NCBI RefSeq assembly: GCF_000150275.1
Contig: NW_002060943.1
Coordinates: forward strand, 6,186,937-6,250,936
Source of the DNA: Trichoplax adhaerens
Lineage: Eukaryota; Animalia; Placozoa
Reading direction: 5' to 3'
DNA length: 64,000 bases
Shown piece by piece: positions 14,501-27,539 of the stretch. The notes beneath the pieces were generated by a model that had not been told where the DNA came from, searched no databases, and worked only from the letters and a program-made list of their open reading frames with translations. The position numbers and the translations under genes were made by a program. Numbering within the stretch: the stretch's first letter is position 1; each line of letters opens with the position of its first letter.

Positions 14501-15124
14501 AAGGCCTTTTTGACGTAATATATAAGATAATCAATTACCTAATCTATAATTCTGTTGCCATAGTTTACTGCGGATCCGTTTTTATCTGTTCGAGGGACGG
14601 CTTCAAGTGAAAATGAATGTATATACGAAATATCATTGCTTAAGAATATTGATACTTCTGTGGATAATCAAATGCAGGTAAAATTTACCAGTAAAATTAC
14701 TCGACAACAGATCACAGTATCTGTCGTTTATAAGTCACCTGAGAAGGCCTTGGTATCGTCGCCGATGAAATTGGATGAAAGCGCTTGTAGTGAATTTTGT
14801 CGTAAACAAAGTATGGTCCAAGAAAGTTTAAAAGCTGACAAATATCTTTGGTATACAGATACATTACTTATTTGGACTCGACCGTTCTATTCTTTACTCA
14901 GCCTATGGACCTTTATACTGGCGCTAGTCGTTGTATTTTATATTATGTGTATCGGATGGTCTAATAGGCGTTATCAATCATCTGTGTCTCGTTTAAATCC
15001 AAGAATGGACAGTAGCAATTCTCCACAATCTCTTCATCACAGCGGAATTGCATCTCCCTTTAGATATACAGTTGGCGGTAGCTCACCTAGACTGAGATAC
15101 GTTGCTAATTCACCTAATGAATAA
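5588..15124 (+). CDS. NUP210: Nuclear pore membrane glycoprotein gp210 (multi-exon)
   Basis: Exon 1 (5588-5751) encodes a signal peptide plus LNVPQVLLPY...GCYFW, matching the gp210 N-terminus LNIPKVLLP...GCYRW. Later exons give Ig-like (Big_2) repeats (GGSGSYYW, VWSSDESNIVEVDSNSGIITALKAG). A C-terminal TM helix (LWTFILALVVVFYIMCIGW) is followed by an S/P-rich tail. Stop at 15122-15124. Confidence 0.93.
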
Positions 15125-16294
15125 TAGTTTCAACTGCATTCAGTTCATCTGAGGGCATTAAAATTGGTTGTTTTACTACTGAGTTTTGACATTTTAGATG
15201 CAATAGAGTTGTACTATAACCTATTATTACATTGCTTGAAACAAGCGAATCGGCTGTTTACTAATCTGGATGTAACAAAATGCTACTGAATTGGTATTTT
15301 TGGATCGACTATTTAGTACTATATAGTAAATCATTTCCATCGTCCATCTATGACATGATGTTGCTCTATCTAATATAATGCATCTGTCCGCAATCGTTGT
15401 AATGACAAGAATTTTGTAATATTGCGACACGAAAATGATTGTAAACTGGATCATTGTTTACGTTTGCCCAAGAAATATTTTTAATCCATTTCCTTAAATA
15501 TCTAAGCTAATGTTGTGTATATTTATAACAAGATTTTAGAAAGTTTGTACTTGTATAACTATCGTAAGCTATTCTTTTGCAATATTTATGCATCTACATG
15601 ATTGTCTTTGTAAAGTAAGCAAAGGTATAAGGGTTATCCAAATTGTTAATAAATGACTTCGCTTACATATTGTTACTAATCTAAAGCACGGTTGCGTCGA
15701 TTGATTGTGGTTATTTTTCGTCTTACTTGGTGGACTGTAGTTTATCTTTCCAACTAATTCTACTATAGTGGTACACACGTCGAGTCGTCAACTTAATTCT
15801 CCACTATCACTTGCTATACTGTATGACTAAATGCGGTGATGTGGGAAAGCTTGGAAACAAATTTTTTGAAAGTTTTAATTTCCATAATAAAAGCTCTCTT
15901 CAATTTTCACCTATAATCAATCTATCTTTGGCTATAGCTGTGTCTTTTATTTGGTAAGATACAATATATTTTATCAAATCTAGGACTACCGAATGTATAT
16001 TAGTATTGGAAATTCCATCACCATGCATATTTGCCTATGTCTAACTACACTGCATGCACCTAGTCGGAAACGACTGTTGTGAATTGCAATACAGTATTGT
16101 GTAGTAAACAGTCCTGAACCTAATTCTTATAGAAGTTACTGTAAATAATCTTTATCACTGTGCCATATCCCATCAAAACAAATCAAAATATAATTAAATA
16201 TTAATTCAAAATTAGACTGCTATAAAGGAACCATGACGTAATTTCTGGCCTACAATACAGCACCTAAATAATACTGTAATGAATGAGTTTGGTG

Positions 16295-16710
16295 CCTGTA
16301 TGCACTGTCCCGAATATAGACAAACCGCACGACACTGGTCAAAACGTTAAAGCGTTCTCGTCGCACCGAGATTAAATTTGGAATTAGCTCCATGGACGAC
16401 ATAAATAATCCTCTGGCAGGGGCTACAAGTCTGCAGCACTGCAAATAATAGAGGACTGGAAACGACTATCCATTGCCAAAAGTGCAGAAGTCGACTATTT
16501 TTTACTGGTCATTGTGTACGGGCACGGGTTCCAGCTGGAGCATAGCACAGTTCAAATGACCAGCAAATAGTCAGCTTATAGTGGTAAAAAAGGCCATTTT
16601 TTATTAATCGTTGCGACTTGATGTCCTCATTTTATGCAAAGAACAGTCGTTGCCAGTCTTGTCTTTCTTATTTTTAGCAGTCCCTGGTCTTATTCGGACT
16701 AAAATGCAGC
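16295..16710. mobile_element. Decayed foldback / MITE-like element
   Basis: Nested inverted repeats: 16307-16321 with 16687-16699, 16454-16467 with 16645-16658, and 16493-16513 with 16555-16572. Central palindrome tccagctgga at 16530-16539. Confidence 0.5.
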
Positions 16711-17334
16711 ATATCTTACTTAGCAAATCATTCCTTACGGAGTAAAATTAGAATATGCTTCTTGCTACTAGAGGTGCAAACAATCATATTGTCCAGCTGT
16801 ACTAGACGTCCACGACCTTACAGTACCTTGCACTGTACACAGTGTACAGTGTACTGTGCTGCGGCGTCCGTTGCGATGGTAGAGGATTGCTATACTGCTA
16901 CCCATACAAGTATAAACACGTTATACAATCTAGTAATCGAACTTGTTCGTTCTGTAACTGTATCAGTACCGTATATCGCACAGTCCTTACCATTGTAAAT
17001 CTCTATCGTCCATACCAGACCTTGAAGTTACTCTTTCTCAAGGTTCTTGCTCATCCACTTTGTCTTGTAATTTATGGCTAATAATTAATCATTTTGGAGT
17101 TCAAAAATCCTTTTCCAACGTAAGCATTACACTATTGACTTCTTAGTTATACTTGTATATATAGAAGAAGAGTACTACGTCTATTTTTATTCGCGGTCTG
17201 AATCGTTTGACTGCTTTAGAAGGAAAAAAAGAGTGCAGTACTGTAGAGAACTGCTGTAGAACTGTACATAGTGTCTATCAATTTCGGCCGATTGCAGTAG
17301 TTATTATTAGCATAAATACACTATTCAAGCAGTG

Positions 17335-19225
17335 ATGGCGTTTATGAGTTGGTTTGGCTATACGTTTATTGCCTTTGGCCCTTCATTGGCTATATTTACT
17401 ATGACCATTGCTGACGATGCTACTCAAATCATCATTATGTTTACCAGGTAATACTCCTACAACCACCAATATAGGTTTAGTGACCAATGGGACTATACGC
17501 GTAGAAAAGATATTACAAAGTTCCAACATGAAACACTAATAGATACAATGTCATCATAGGAAAGTAAACTATTTTCAATTACTGTACTTGGAAAATAAAC
17601 TACAGTGGATACAAATACAATCAGTATACAAGCCTAGTATAGGAGTAAATCGTAGCCACAGTAGACGCATAAATGAAAAAGTAGCGACGGACTGTAGTAC
17701 AGAACAGTACAATCTTAAGTCGAAGACAACAACTCGTACGAAAGAAAGTCAAAATTAGTGTAACATGAAATAAAAAAACGTTATGCATTAACTAGACTGA
17801 TAATACAAAGTCCTTAGTGCAAACAGCATCAATTAAGACTCATTAACTAGACTGAGAATACTACACTAATAATCGATTTACCAATCATCATGCCTGATAT
17901 CATAACTTGGGCTATTATTTTTATTCCTTGTTAGTGCCTTCTTTTGGCTCGTTTCACTGTTGTTCTCTTCAATTATATGGCAAATTCCTTTCTCAGACCT
18001 AAAATTACGCCTTGGCATAAGTGTGGCTTTATGTGTTGCTATACAAGAATTATTTCGTTACCTTTTCTACCTTCTGATGAAGTGAGTAGCTGTATGGGAA
18101 GCTCAATTTTCTTGAGTAATATGATGTAAATGACAACGTCAACAGATGCTCTTTAGCATTGGACTTGATTTAAACAAATTACTCTTTTTCTTTATACGTA
18201 CAGTAGTCTGTATTATTTCAAATGGGATATCTTGTTCTTCTTAGAACGATAGATGATTGTCTTTGCTAACCACTTTGAATATTGCAGGAAAGCTGATAAA
18301 GGATTACTTTCTATTACAACGTCCTCAACGATCAGCCAGACAAGGCAAAGAAAACACAAAATTGCTTATGGTATAGAAAAATCTCTATTAAAATTTTAGT
18401 ACAATCAATACATTATTATCGTAGCATTAATCAACTCTTCAGGCTTGCGCTTAATACTGTTATTTGTTATTCATGGTAGTGGCTGGATTTGGCTTTGGCG
18501 TAATGAGTGGTGCATTTTCCGTAGTTAATCTATTAGCGACGGCGTCTGGACCTGGTACTGTTGGAATTAAAGGAAACTCAGACCTGTTTTTTCTTTCATC
18601 AGGTACGCTTCCTTTCCGTAGCGGCTGTTATATTCGACATTTAATTTAATTTTGACTTTCTACTACATAATGCACATTACGCTAAATGTTAAGTGATATA
18701 CATGGTTGTATAAAATTATATACTAATATTCACCTATTTTTACCTATTCTTGCTATTTAGCGATTTTTACGAGTATATTTATCCTACTAAATATCTTTTG
18801 GAGCGTGATTATATTCGATGGTTTTGACAAACGTAATTGGAAGAAAATTGCCTACGTATTTGCTACCCACGAGCTGACATCTTTATTGGTAAGCCATATA
18901 CATATACGCATATATCTTTGAAATCAAAATTTTAATAATATATGATCACCTTGACCGATGTAATTTTAAAGTTTAGTAACATTTTTCGTTTAATAATAAT
19001 ATAATCATTTTAATTTTTATTACAATTCTGATATCCTATATACCATCTTTCTAATTTTAGACACTAGTGAATGTTGGCCATCAACCAAATTATTCTGCAT
19101 CAATTACTACATCATGCCTTGTATTACTAATTACCACGATAGTCGCTCTGTATACTGCAGGAGGTAACATAAAGAGCTTAATAACTAGTTTAGTAAAGAG
19201 ACAGGTAGTTACTCAAGTACGGTGA
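17335..19225 (+). CDS. APH1: Gamma-secretase subunit APH-1 (multi-exon)
   Basis: MAFMSWFGYTFIAFGPSLAIF N-terminus, AFFWLVSLL, QELFRY, the GxxxG motif VAGFGFGVMSGAFS and GPGTVGIKG. Last exon 19061-19225 ends in TGA. Confidence 0.95.
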
Positions 19226-21082
19226 CGTTAATCCTGTATCACCATCACTGGATGCCAGACAGCAATCTCTCAAATCCAAATGAGTATTAATGACTACAGT
19301 ACTAACTAGAGAATAGTATCGATTAAGTAATGTTTATAAATACTATTACAAAATACATATGTAATTGAAACCAATCTGATAATAACATGGCTTATAATTA
19401 CCAACATAGAGTATTTTCAAGTGCTTTATGACGCTCTTGTTTAAAATTCTTGTGCGAAACATCACTGATTGTAGATTTTTAATTGTAACATAAATACTCG
19501 TATGAGAGTTTAGATACCAAAGACCTTTGCTAGCTTAAAGTGAAATGTTTTGTAATTTTACGAATACTATATCAGTTTGGTTTTACTGTTTCTTTATAAT
19601 GATTACGGTACATTGTGACTCTAGAAACCCTAGCGATGTGAATACAGTACAGTATGTACCAGATTTATAACACGATCTATCTGCATTTTAATGTATATTA
19701 TTTCTAGCTGCAAGTAACCCACAGCAGAATAAATTTATCTTGATTTTAGTGTGCGTGTAGAATGTTGTGTTATATCTTTTAAATATGTAAACTTTCTTGA
19801 GAATACATTAAAAGATATTTTCTTCTGAAAATGGAATAGACTGTGTTATATTAAGATTGTTGCGCTCATTGCCCACTTGGTGCATGCACAGCAACATAAA
19901 TAAAGTTAATAATAAGCAATTAAACTATAAATGGAGATGCATTAGTTAAAGAAGTAAGATATTATCACGAAGTGACTTTTCCTATAAAATGCTTATCTTA
20001 TTTACGTCTGATAACATATCACTATCTATGACGTTACTCATTTTTTGAATGCATAGTTTTATAATATTATCTGTAAACTGATAATTATATAATTACTGTT
20101 TATGCCAATTTACTATAAATTGACTGTTTTTCAATAAAGTTTGGGTTCAGTTTTGTCTACCGGAGACTAGTGATGGTACTATTCCTCCTGACGATAGGAG
20201 ATGGTCAGTATTTAGGATCGTACTGTAGGTATAGGAGGACAAACCTCACAGTGAACTCGTAGTATATAGTTTTCATAGTAGTTCTAAGTTTTCGTCGTTA
20301 CAAATTCAGATTTGTAATAGGTATCTAACAGGGTTTTGTTCCCTTCTTGCCTGGTATGATTTTTAGCGGAAAGTGTAGTAGTAGTAATACGATCAAAATC
20401 GGTGTCATTCATAGGGTACGAATAGAAATTAATAATCGATACTGTGTTTATTTAGATTGTATGTAGGGGTCAATGCTTGAAACTGCTTCATTAATTATAT
20501 AATTAGTCTGTTGTTTATAACCTGGCTAAGAATTAAACTATCCTTATTCAGTATTCCAATAAATAAAAAAATTAACAATAACTTTAGAAATGGTAGTACG
20601 TTATAAATGTAAATTGAGTAATAAATTCATTCAAGATATACAGTTTTCCCATTCTCTCTTTCCTAAATGGTATTTTGGTTTACGATACTGTCAAGGACTT
20701 TGATTTGTTGTAATCCAAGATTAACATCAACTGACACCTATTTTTATAGGTGAGATAAATGACAATTTTCAATTCATTAATTATTATAAGCTTTCAATCA
20801 CAGAAATAGTACATTTTGTAATTGCATAGAAAGATATCACGATAATAAGAATCATTTTGATTCAATTTATGATAGACAGAAGCGTATTGTTTCAATAGCC
20901 GTCTTTTTATATGATTAAAATTCTTCGATTTTTGATATCAGGTCATTTGAAAGTAGTAGTGTACAGTACTCCAAACTACTTGTTGATCAATTAACGCTGT
21001 GGCTTGTAATCGTACAGTATATACTGTATAAAATCAAAATCCAAATTTTCTGGTGTTTGTTATGTTAAAATTGAAGAGTATG

Positions 21083-21796
21083 CTAGAGGTTGCTCGTATC
21101 GAAATCATCGTCGTCTAGAGAACGAGGTAAGAACCAAGTCTTGAATCGTAATTGTGGGTGATTCACAAAATCTGGTTCACGATTAAAAGCAATTACGCTG
21201 ATTTGGATGAGTATTGCAGCAGTTAGACCCCATATCTTATACTGACGATCATTGACTGAATCGAAATAGTTAAATGAATGCATAGTATAATTTCGTCTTC
21301 GATGCATGATATTATCCATTTCATGATTGTGATCGCTAAGGAATGTTTCCAATGGGACAGTGAAAGCAGAGCTAACCTCATCTTGACTCAATATCATCTC
21401 GAAGTGAGGATTGATAAAACTAATAACAGGGTATACTTTGAGGTTATTGACGGAAGTCACCGGGTATAGCGTTGTAACAACATCGACATGACTGGAAGGC
21501 AAACCAATTTCTTCATTGGCTTCACGTAGTGCAGTAGCTACAGTATTTTCATCTTCGGGATCTTTCCTACCTCCAGGAAATGCCACTTGGCCTTTATGCG
21601 ATGATAAATTCTCAGTTCTTTGAGTTAATATCACTTGCAATTGATCACCTTGAAAGAATAACGGTACCAAAACAGCTGCAACACCAACTTCATGATTATC
21701 TCTGGCGAATAGTTTTTTATACAAGTGGGTTTGAGTAAAGCGTAACAATCTCTTTTTGACTTCTTCCATGGCGTAATAACAGTCGGATAATCTCAT
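21083..21796 (-). CDS. NUDT7: Peroxisomal coenzyme A diphosphatase (Nudix, NUDT7/NUDT8 family), single coding exon
   Basis: CoA-Nudix motif ILTQRTENLSSHKGQVAFPGG, Nudix box GGRKDPEDENTVATALREANEEIGL, IWGLTA and a C-terminal PTS1-like SNL. Confidence 0.88.
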   Translation of the reverse strand: MRLSDCYYAMEEVKKRLLRFTQTHLYKKLFARDNHEVGVAAVLVPLFFQGDQLQVILTQRTENLSSHKGQVAFPGGRKDPEDENTVATALREANEEIGLPSSHVDVVTTLYPVTSVNNLKVYPVISFINPHFEMILSQDEVSSAFTVPLETFLSDHNHEMDNIMHRRRNYTMHSFNYFDSVNDRQYKIWGLTAAILIQISVIAFNREPDFVNHPQLRFKTWFLPRSLDDDDFDTSNL

Positions 21797-21947
21797 CCAC
21801 TACATCAATAAGTATTAAAAAGGCAAATCAACAGAGGTATTTGATTCGAAAATCCCAGTAGAAGTTGAAATGAATCAACCAGCTTGCAGAGAAGCCATCA
21901 GCAACGACATCGACTGCTGTGCTCTCCAGCCTCTCCTACGATAAACT

Positions 21948-22050
21948 TACAGTACTGTACTGTACAGTACTACTGACTGTACACTGTACAGTATAGATAC
22001 AGTACATAGTACTGTGTACTGTACACATCGCTGAATAGTACTGTACTGCT
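21948..22050. promoter_or_regulatory. TACAG/CTGTA island in the 304-bp NUDT7/FAM32A divergent promoter
   Basis: tacagtactgtactgtacagtactactgactgtacactgtacagtatagatacagtacatagtactgtgtactgtacac lies between head-to-head ATGs at 21796 and 22101. The function is inferred. Confidence 0.6.
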
Positions 22051-22100
22051 CGGCGGCTTTCCACCTATATCCTACTCGCCAAGTTCATCTGGTTACCAAC

Positions 22101-23711
22101 ATGTCTGATCCTTATGAATGCGTTCCTACAGCTTTAAAATTAAAATCCAGCTCATCCAAGAATAAGAAGTAAGTGTTTTAGCTCGTATTTGAATTCTTGT
22201 TCTTGAATCGCTATGAAAGGGAAATGGATTGAATCAAGATGCCTGTTAAATGACAGTCATATCACATGCTACTAGTTGGGTTGAAACACAGTAGTTGGAT
22301 GTTTTTGCCATATTGATATTTGATTGATGTAGGAGTTTAGGTAAACTGTCTTTGCCTACTGCAATAGTCTACTGCTGTAGTGCTGTAGTCTATTAGTGGT
22401 AGTTTATCGCAATCCCTCATTTCTTAGTCAATACATTCTCAGTGGAACAGGTTTGATGGTAATACACAGTACTTATTGTACAAATAGAATACGACTATAC
22501 CATGGTGCCATTTTTTAAGACACACGCAAGTGCAAAAACATCAATGATTGATCGACCAAGCTGATATGAATGAACGAAACTTAGCTAGATCATATTTGAA
22601 AGAGAACTTTAATTCATCATAATATAGGAAAAAACATAAGAAAAAGGATCGTCAAGAAGAATCGCACCAAGAAACAGCAGAAAAGAATGCTGATCAAGGT
22701 AGTTATTCACCCGAAAGGACTAAAGCTGAATTAGCTTTCCGCAAGATACAAGAAAAACGGGTAAATTTCCTCTCCGTAATCTCAAGATATTTTTTCTAAA
22801 TGAGACTATAGCTATTACATATTTATAGTATTAAACAACTATACAATATGTAAGTGGATTAGACGTTCTTTCATGCACTGATCAGTGTTATACTAGTACA
22901 AGTAGTTGTTGGCAAGAGTGCTGTTGCAGTTTCCGTATTAATTCAATCGACTGTGTAGCATTTTTAAGTCGCTCGAAGTAAATCGTATCTAGCCATAAAA
23001 TAGTTGTAACATATTTAGCAATCCACTGGTCTATAAATAAGTCAATATTTTTATTTTCTATAACAGCAATCTGAAAAAATTAAAAAATTGGCCTCCAAGA
23101 CCCATAAACAACGCGTTGAGGTACGCAATGTAACAATAAAGATAATATCCTCTCAATGAAAAATAGTCAAATTGTATTAGTAGTTGCTATGAATATCATA
23201 TGCTTTACATTATTAGCTATTGTATACCGGTATACCCGTTATGTAAAATTGACGAGTTAGTCAATCATTGATGTACATTAAATTGAGAGCATTTTGTCAA
23301 TATGCCATTTTGCTATATTCGTAGAGACTATGCGGTATGGTATTACGTGTACACGAGTGGAAGTGTTATCTTGTCACAATCGCCTAGAACGAGTGTATTC
23401 ATTTGACTATACCTATCAGCTAGATCCTAGTAATTTAAATTTTCTTAACTGTAGAAAGAGATACGCGAGTTTGCTAGTTTCTCTAGGCTACGAATTGATT
23501 GTATTACTGTTGAGATTTTCAATTGGTCGATTCTGCCTACATGCTGCTGGCTTACCATTTTAAGAATTTCGACTATTTGCTTTCTAACTTTTCTTTAAAT
23601 TACATAATCTTAACCATTGTACCTGAATGTTTCACTTTATAGCAATTGAACGCATACTTGGACTCTTTGACCGAGCACTACGATATTCCCAAAGTAAGCT
23701 GGACGAAATAA
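22101..23711 (+). CDS. FAM32A: FAM32A (DUF1754) small basic nuclear protein, 4 exons
   Basis: Exons ~22101-22168, 22628-22760 (RTKAELAFRKIQEKR), 23067-23120 (KLASKTHKQRVE) and 23643-23711 (QLNAYLDSLTEHYDIPKVSWTK*). The last is the hallmark FAM32A C-terminus. Confidence 0.95.
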
Positions 23712-25600
23712 TAATTTTACAACATATTTGGACTACATTAGGCTACCGATAAAGTCCATGCGATAGCTGACTCGTGTAACTGTGTCTGCAATATATTAAC
23801 GATGTCTATAATAGCATATCAAAGAAAAACAATTTGTATTTATGTGTACTATATAATTAATTAATCTGATAAAAAAGAGACTGATGATCGATCGTAATAT
23901 AGGTAATAGATAATTTATTGTGCTCGATTTTACTTCTGTATCAACTCTCGCACAAATCTATATCACTGCAAGGTATAAATCGATTCGTTTTGTAGATTGT
24001 ATAGTTATTGTATGTATTAACATTCGTCATCGCAAGCTCTGAATAAAAATTGTCTTACACTTAATTAAGTGTTCGTCTCCAGTATGCCTTATTTTGTGAT
24101 CGACTTCATGTACCTGCACATCTATGCTGCTTCTTACTGTATGGCATTCACGATGGATTTCCATCTTTTATTATTCGTTACGGATATCATAAAGTATTTA
24201 ATATTGTTCTGCACTGTTCCATGTCAAGGAAAGTCAATTTATCAAATTGATAAAATAGATCGCTAATGATGTTATGTCAAGTAATCATGCTAAGTACTTG
24301 ACTTTTGGTCAGCTTGGTAATGGTACTGAATCCAAATGGGGATAACCCTACTTTAAAATGAATTTATTTTTGAAATTTATTACGAATTGTATATAAGCAT
24401 CGTCAATATTATTTTGCATTATAGCAGTAGTAAAATTAAATATGCTAAGAACTCAAAATGTTCGCACTTTCCAAAATCAGTTTATTGTCGCATGATAACT
24501 GCCAGGGTCACTATAACACGGATTGAACGATACAGATTGCTAAACATCGCCTTGTATATGGAATATTGGATCATTTACAGCTATCTAAAAGCCCAAGAGT
24601 CTCGATCGAACCAAATCAGTAAGAGGAGAGCTTCTTCCTCTTACGTACTTCTATCACAGACTACTCTATCGCCTACACTATGGCAGCGAGTTTTCCTCGC
24701 TGCAATAGTCAATCACTCACTACAGTACAGCACAGTAGTTGAACAGCTACCGTGCCATATAGTAGAGCATTGTTGCAGTCTTCCCCTTATAAACACTGCA
24801 AGCTTGAGTACCGTATAGGTCAGTATCGACTGGACAAGTGGTTAGTATAAATTCAATTAGATAAACAAATTGCTGCCTCACGATTAGGAATAATTTCTGT
24901 TTGCTAATAAACACCCTGTTAGCGAGATTATTATAGTTATTCTAAGACAATATTAGATGTACGAGTTACTAGATAGAGATGAATCATTAATCTAATTGAA
25001 TTGAATTTATTTATTTATTCATGAATAATTCGAGGAAATATTAATTAGTTGAAGGCCGATTATAATTATTAATCTACCGGTGGTTTTTAGGCTTTTGGGC
25101 TAGATTTACAAGGACATCGTTCAAGCTACGACATTAACATAGAAGAAGAATCCATCGCTGTTGCAAACAACCTATGGCAATGGGCTTTCTGAAGTCTCCA
25201 ATGGTAGAAATTTGGATGGATGATCAAATGAAGTAGATGAAAGAAAGAATTCAATCGTTTGTAGTTTATCGTTGCAGTACTAACAACTCCTCTCATAACC
25301 ACAAAATTAGATCGTAATTCTATTCGTTACAATTGAGCATCATCGCACATGAATTTTATGATCTAAAAGTGGAGATTTACATACATTGAGTTAATAATAC
25401 CTTTACAAGTGTTTGATGCTCCCTTAGTGAGGAGGAATTATGAGCGATTTATCAGTTGTAGAGGTCAATGATAAGATGCCGAAGTGATAATATGGTATAG
25501 CTCTTGTAGCCCATAGTAATAAGGAATTGTAATAAATAAATTCAACTTTATATTTTCATTCTTGTCGTTGTCGACAGCATTACGCCGACGCTCATTTATT

Positions 25601-27539
25601 ATGGATAGCATTAAACATGAAGCAATGATAGATCAGCATCCGCAATGTCTCACTTGTATCCTCATCGATTGTCAACACAAGAATCATTGCCAAATGATTC
25701 AATGCAATAATAGCGGATGCAATGCCTGCTTTCATGCGTGTAAATTAACCGAACATAAATTGCTTTGCTTATACGAAAATGTTCAATGCATAAATTGGTA
25801 CTATGGTTGTCCTCAAACTATGCCAAGGTGTAGATTAAATCAACACTTAACAGTATGTCCTGCCAGTATCGTTCACTGCTCTAAAAAGTGGAGTCGATGT
25901 CCTACATGGTGTAACACTGGTGACATAAATCCACCCTATGTCTTGGGTCAAATCGATTATGAGGCTGCACTTTGCGATCAACAAAAATTGCTACAATTCT
26001 ATGAGAATAGTCAATCTATCGATTTCGAAAATCTTATTAAAAGTCGATTTTCTTCTTCACATGCTTGCTGGTTTGATGATTATTGTAAAAGAAGTAATGA
26101 GGCTATAGAAAGTATAATACAATCGCGACTTTGTGTAGATATGATCCATCAGATTCAAATGTTGAATATCGAGCAAAAAGGCAAAATAACTATAGAAGAT
26201 GAAACTTTCGCTAAAGAAGATCTATTTCCATTACTCAATAACATTGATGCCTTGTACGAGATTCAGCAAAAATTGCGATTTGCAAGTCGATCTCAACATG
26301 ATGTTAAAGCCAACAATATATTTGCAAATGGCAGAACGCTTAAATTGAAAGATGGAAGATTGGTTGCTGATGCCAAGACCAGCATACATCTTGGGCATGA
26401 AGATAAGAGTACAGATGGCTCTTTTATGGATCGTACGCTACAAGTAGAACGATATAAATTAATCCAGTTACTACCGAAAATGGTGCAACAATTAAGCGAA
26501 TTATTAAATAAATCGACCAGATTGCAAAGTAAGGAATTAAACCATTTACAGAAATTGCTATCAGCACTACAATTAAATGATAGTGCGATTAGCCCTGAAT
26601 GCGCCAACGAGGGTAAACTAGGAGGTCCAAGATATTCAGATTTTACTGTAAATAGAGTACAGCATATTAAGAATGCTCACTGGATGCTTAACAGCATGAA
26701 AAATCGTGGTGTACTCCTTGGACTACATCTACAGCCGGGACTACACAACGAAGAACATATTTTTCAATTATCTTGCAATCAATACTTTCGCCGTGGTGAA
26801 TATAGACAACATGTTAAATTCTCTCATACACAAACGCAATGTGAACTTAGTGGATGGTTTAAGCAAAGATGCCCTCTAGCACAATATGGATGCCCCTTTT
26901 TATGTAGTGTATTAAAGCCCAATGCAGGAGAAATTGGTCTCGATTTACAATTGGGCTCATATATTTTACGTAATTATGATAAAGAGTCAACATATTGGCG
27001 AGATTCTGTTGAAAGTAAAAATACGCGCGGAGGGACGGAACTACAATACTGTCCAATGTTAGATTTGCCAGATGAAGTCATTGAACGTATTTTACTACTT
27101 TTAGATAGTTATTCTATGTACAATCTATCCCTAACTTGTTGGCAAATGAGAGAAATGTGTTCATTACTGTTGGTAAAAAAAGGTACCGTAGCTATAGAAT
27201 GGGAGAAAGCACAGAATTGTAAATGGCAAATAGCTCGCAAGGTAAGGAATAAGCTAAGCGTCCTCAATGTAATCAAGTATATTTTCTTTTTATCTTGGCT
27301 TGAAGTATTTGATAGCACCTACGCCGTCTTTATTAACACCTATTGACATGTTAATATTTCTTGCAATATGTGTTATACAGATATGGAAGTATTCGACTGC
27401 CTGTTCACAAACTAGTGGCTGGAAGATTGATGATACCAGCATCATAGCAAGACACCTACAAACGTGTCCTTACTACGTTAAACAAATCTATCCCGACAAG
27501 CGTGTAATGTTGCCTATATGCACTGAATTAATTGGATGA
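25601..27539 (+). CDS. FBXO30: F-box only protein 30/40-like (TRAF-type Zn finger plus C-terminal F-box)
   Basis: CNACFHACKLTEHKLLC...CINWYYGCP...HLTVCPASIVHC, FRRGEYRQHVKFSH, GWFKQRCPLAQYGCPF and F-box LDLPDEVIERI. Exon 1 is 25601-27241 and exon 2 is 27381-27539 (IWKYSTA...HLQTCPY). FBXO30 and FBXO40 cannot be distinguished here. Confidence 0.9.

Noticed and set aside
26293-27318. Antisense ORFs within the FBXO30/40 exon
   Set aside because: Shadow ORFs of a long coding exon with no independent motif.
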